DNA of 62,717 nucleotides, the filler included, from Basidiobolus ranarum (Eukaryota): the NCBI GenBank assembly GCA_040143965.1. It is 37 parts of 37 records of this genome, joined end to end, with 100 filler letters (N's around TTAATTAATTAA, not from the genome) between each part and the next. Parts side by side here need not be neighbours in the genome. Positions count along the whole stretch, not along the records: positions 61,128 to 62,717 come from JASJQH010004770.1; 36 more parts are not named here. One strand, 5' to 3'. The position numbers and the translations under genes were made by a program. The notes under the pieces are model-generated. The model saw only the letters and a program-made list of their open reading frames with translations. It searched no databases and was not told where the DNA came from. Of the stretch, positions 62,414 through 62,717 are shown in pieces (within the stretch, counting starts at the first letter, position 1; every line of letters begins with the position of its first letter).

Positions 62414-62717
62414 CCCTGACAGAAATTTGAGGATTGTTATTGTAGGAAAACCATCACAATTTTAATCCATTTTGGATTGACCATTTACTTACCATCATAA
62501 AATTGTCAAGTTAGATTTGATTTTAATCAATTTTTTCAGTTTCAGGAGTGAAATTTCAAGATCTTGCAAAATAGTTGCGCATGATTGGCTACAATCTTAG
62601 AGAACTATGGAGCAACACATGTGCAAAAAATGTAACTCAAATTTACACAATTACCATTTGAATGCTAATTTTTCACCTTCAAGATCCCTGGTCTCCTTGA
62701 TACATTCTCCTGAATAT
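62414..62717 (+). mobile_element. CACTA family A left terminus inserted in Copia RT
   Basis: CCCTGACAGAAATTTGAGGATTG. Confidence 0.88.

Noticed and set aside
1-62717. Gene-neighbourhood or cluster interpretation (e.g. RAD52 beside the C2 protein, transporters beside the hydrolase)
   Set aside because: Contigs are ordered by length, so neighbours across linkers are unrelated

Overview
This window is not one locus. It is an artificial concatenation of 37 unrelated short contigs (1604 down to 1590 bp, sorted by decreasing length), joined by 100-bp linkers (N44-TTAATTAATTAA-N44), so adjacency across linkers means nothing. The DNA is eukaryotic, with short GT-AG introns and CTAAC-like branch points. 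The host genes look fungal, most plausibly from an early-diverging lineage (inference). Seven contigs carry host gene fragments: a MATE transporter, an internally deleted Rab-GDI pseudogene, a MED25-type VWA protein, a PDR ABC transporter C-terminus, a PRS5-type PRPP synthetase, a dienelactone hydrolase with a dead tandem paralog, a C2-domain (PSD2-like) protein and RAD52. Most other contigs are nested, strongly CpG-depleted transposon relics. The dominant family is a CACTA/CMC element with CCCTAACARAAAT termini and a divergently oriented accessory ORF of unknown function. There are also several Copia families with solo LTRs and 5-bp TSDs, Gypsy/chromovirus pieces, a LINE endonuclease and a PIF/Harbinger-ISL2EU-type element. 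The most striking items are a ~281-bp LTR carrying an embedded tRNA-like Pol III cassette (4 copies), a diverged 84-bp tandem array with codon-like substitution bias, and a ~409-bp tandem array built from a transposon end.
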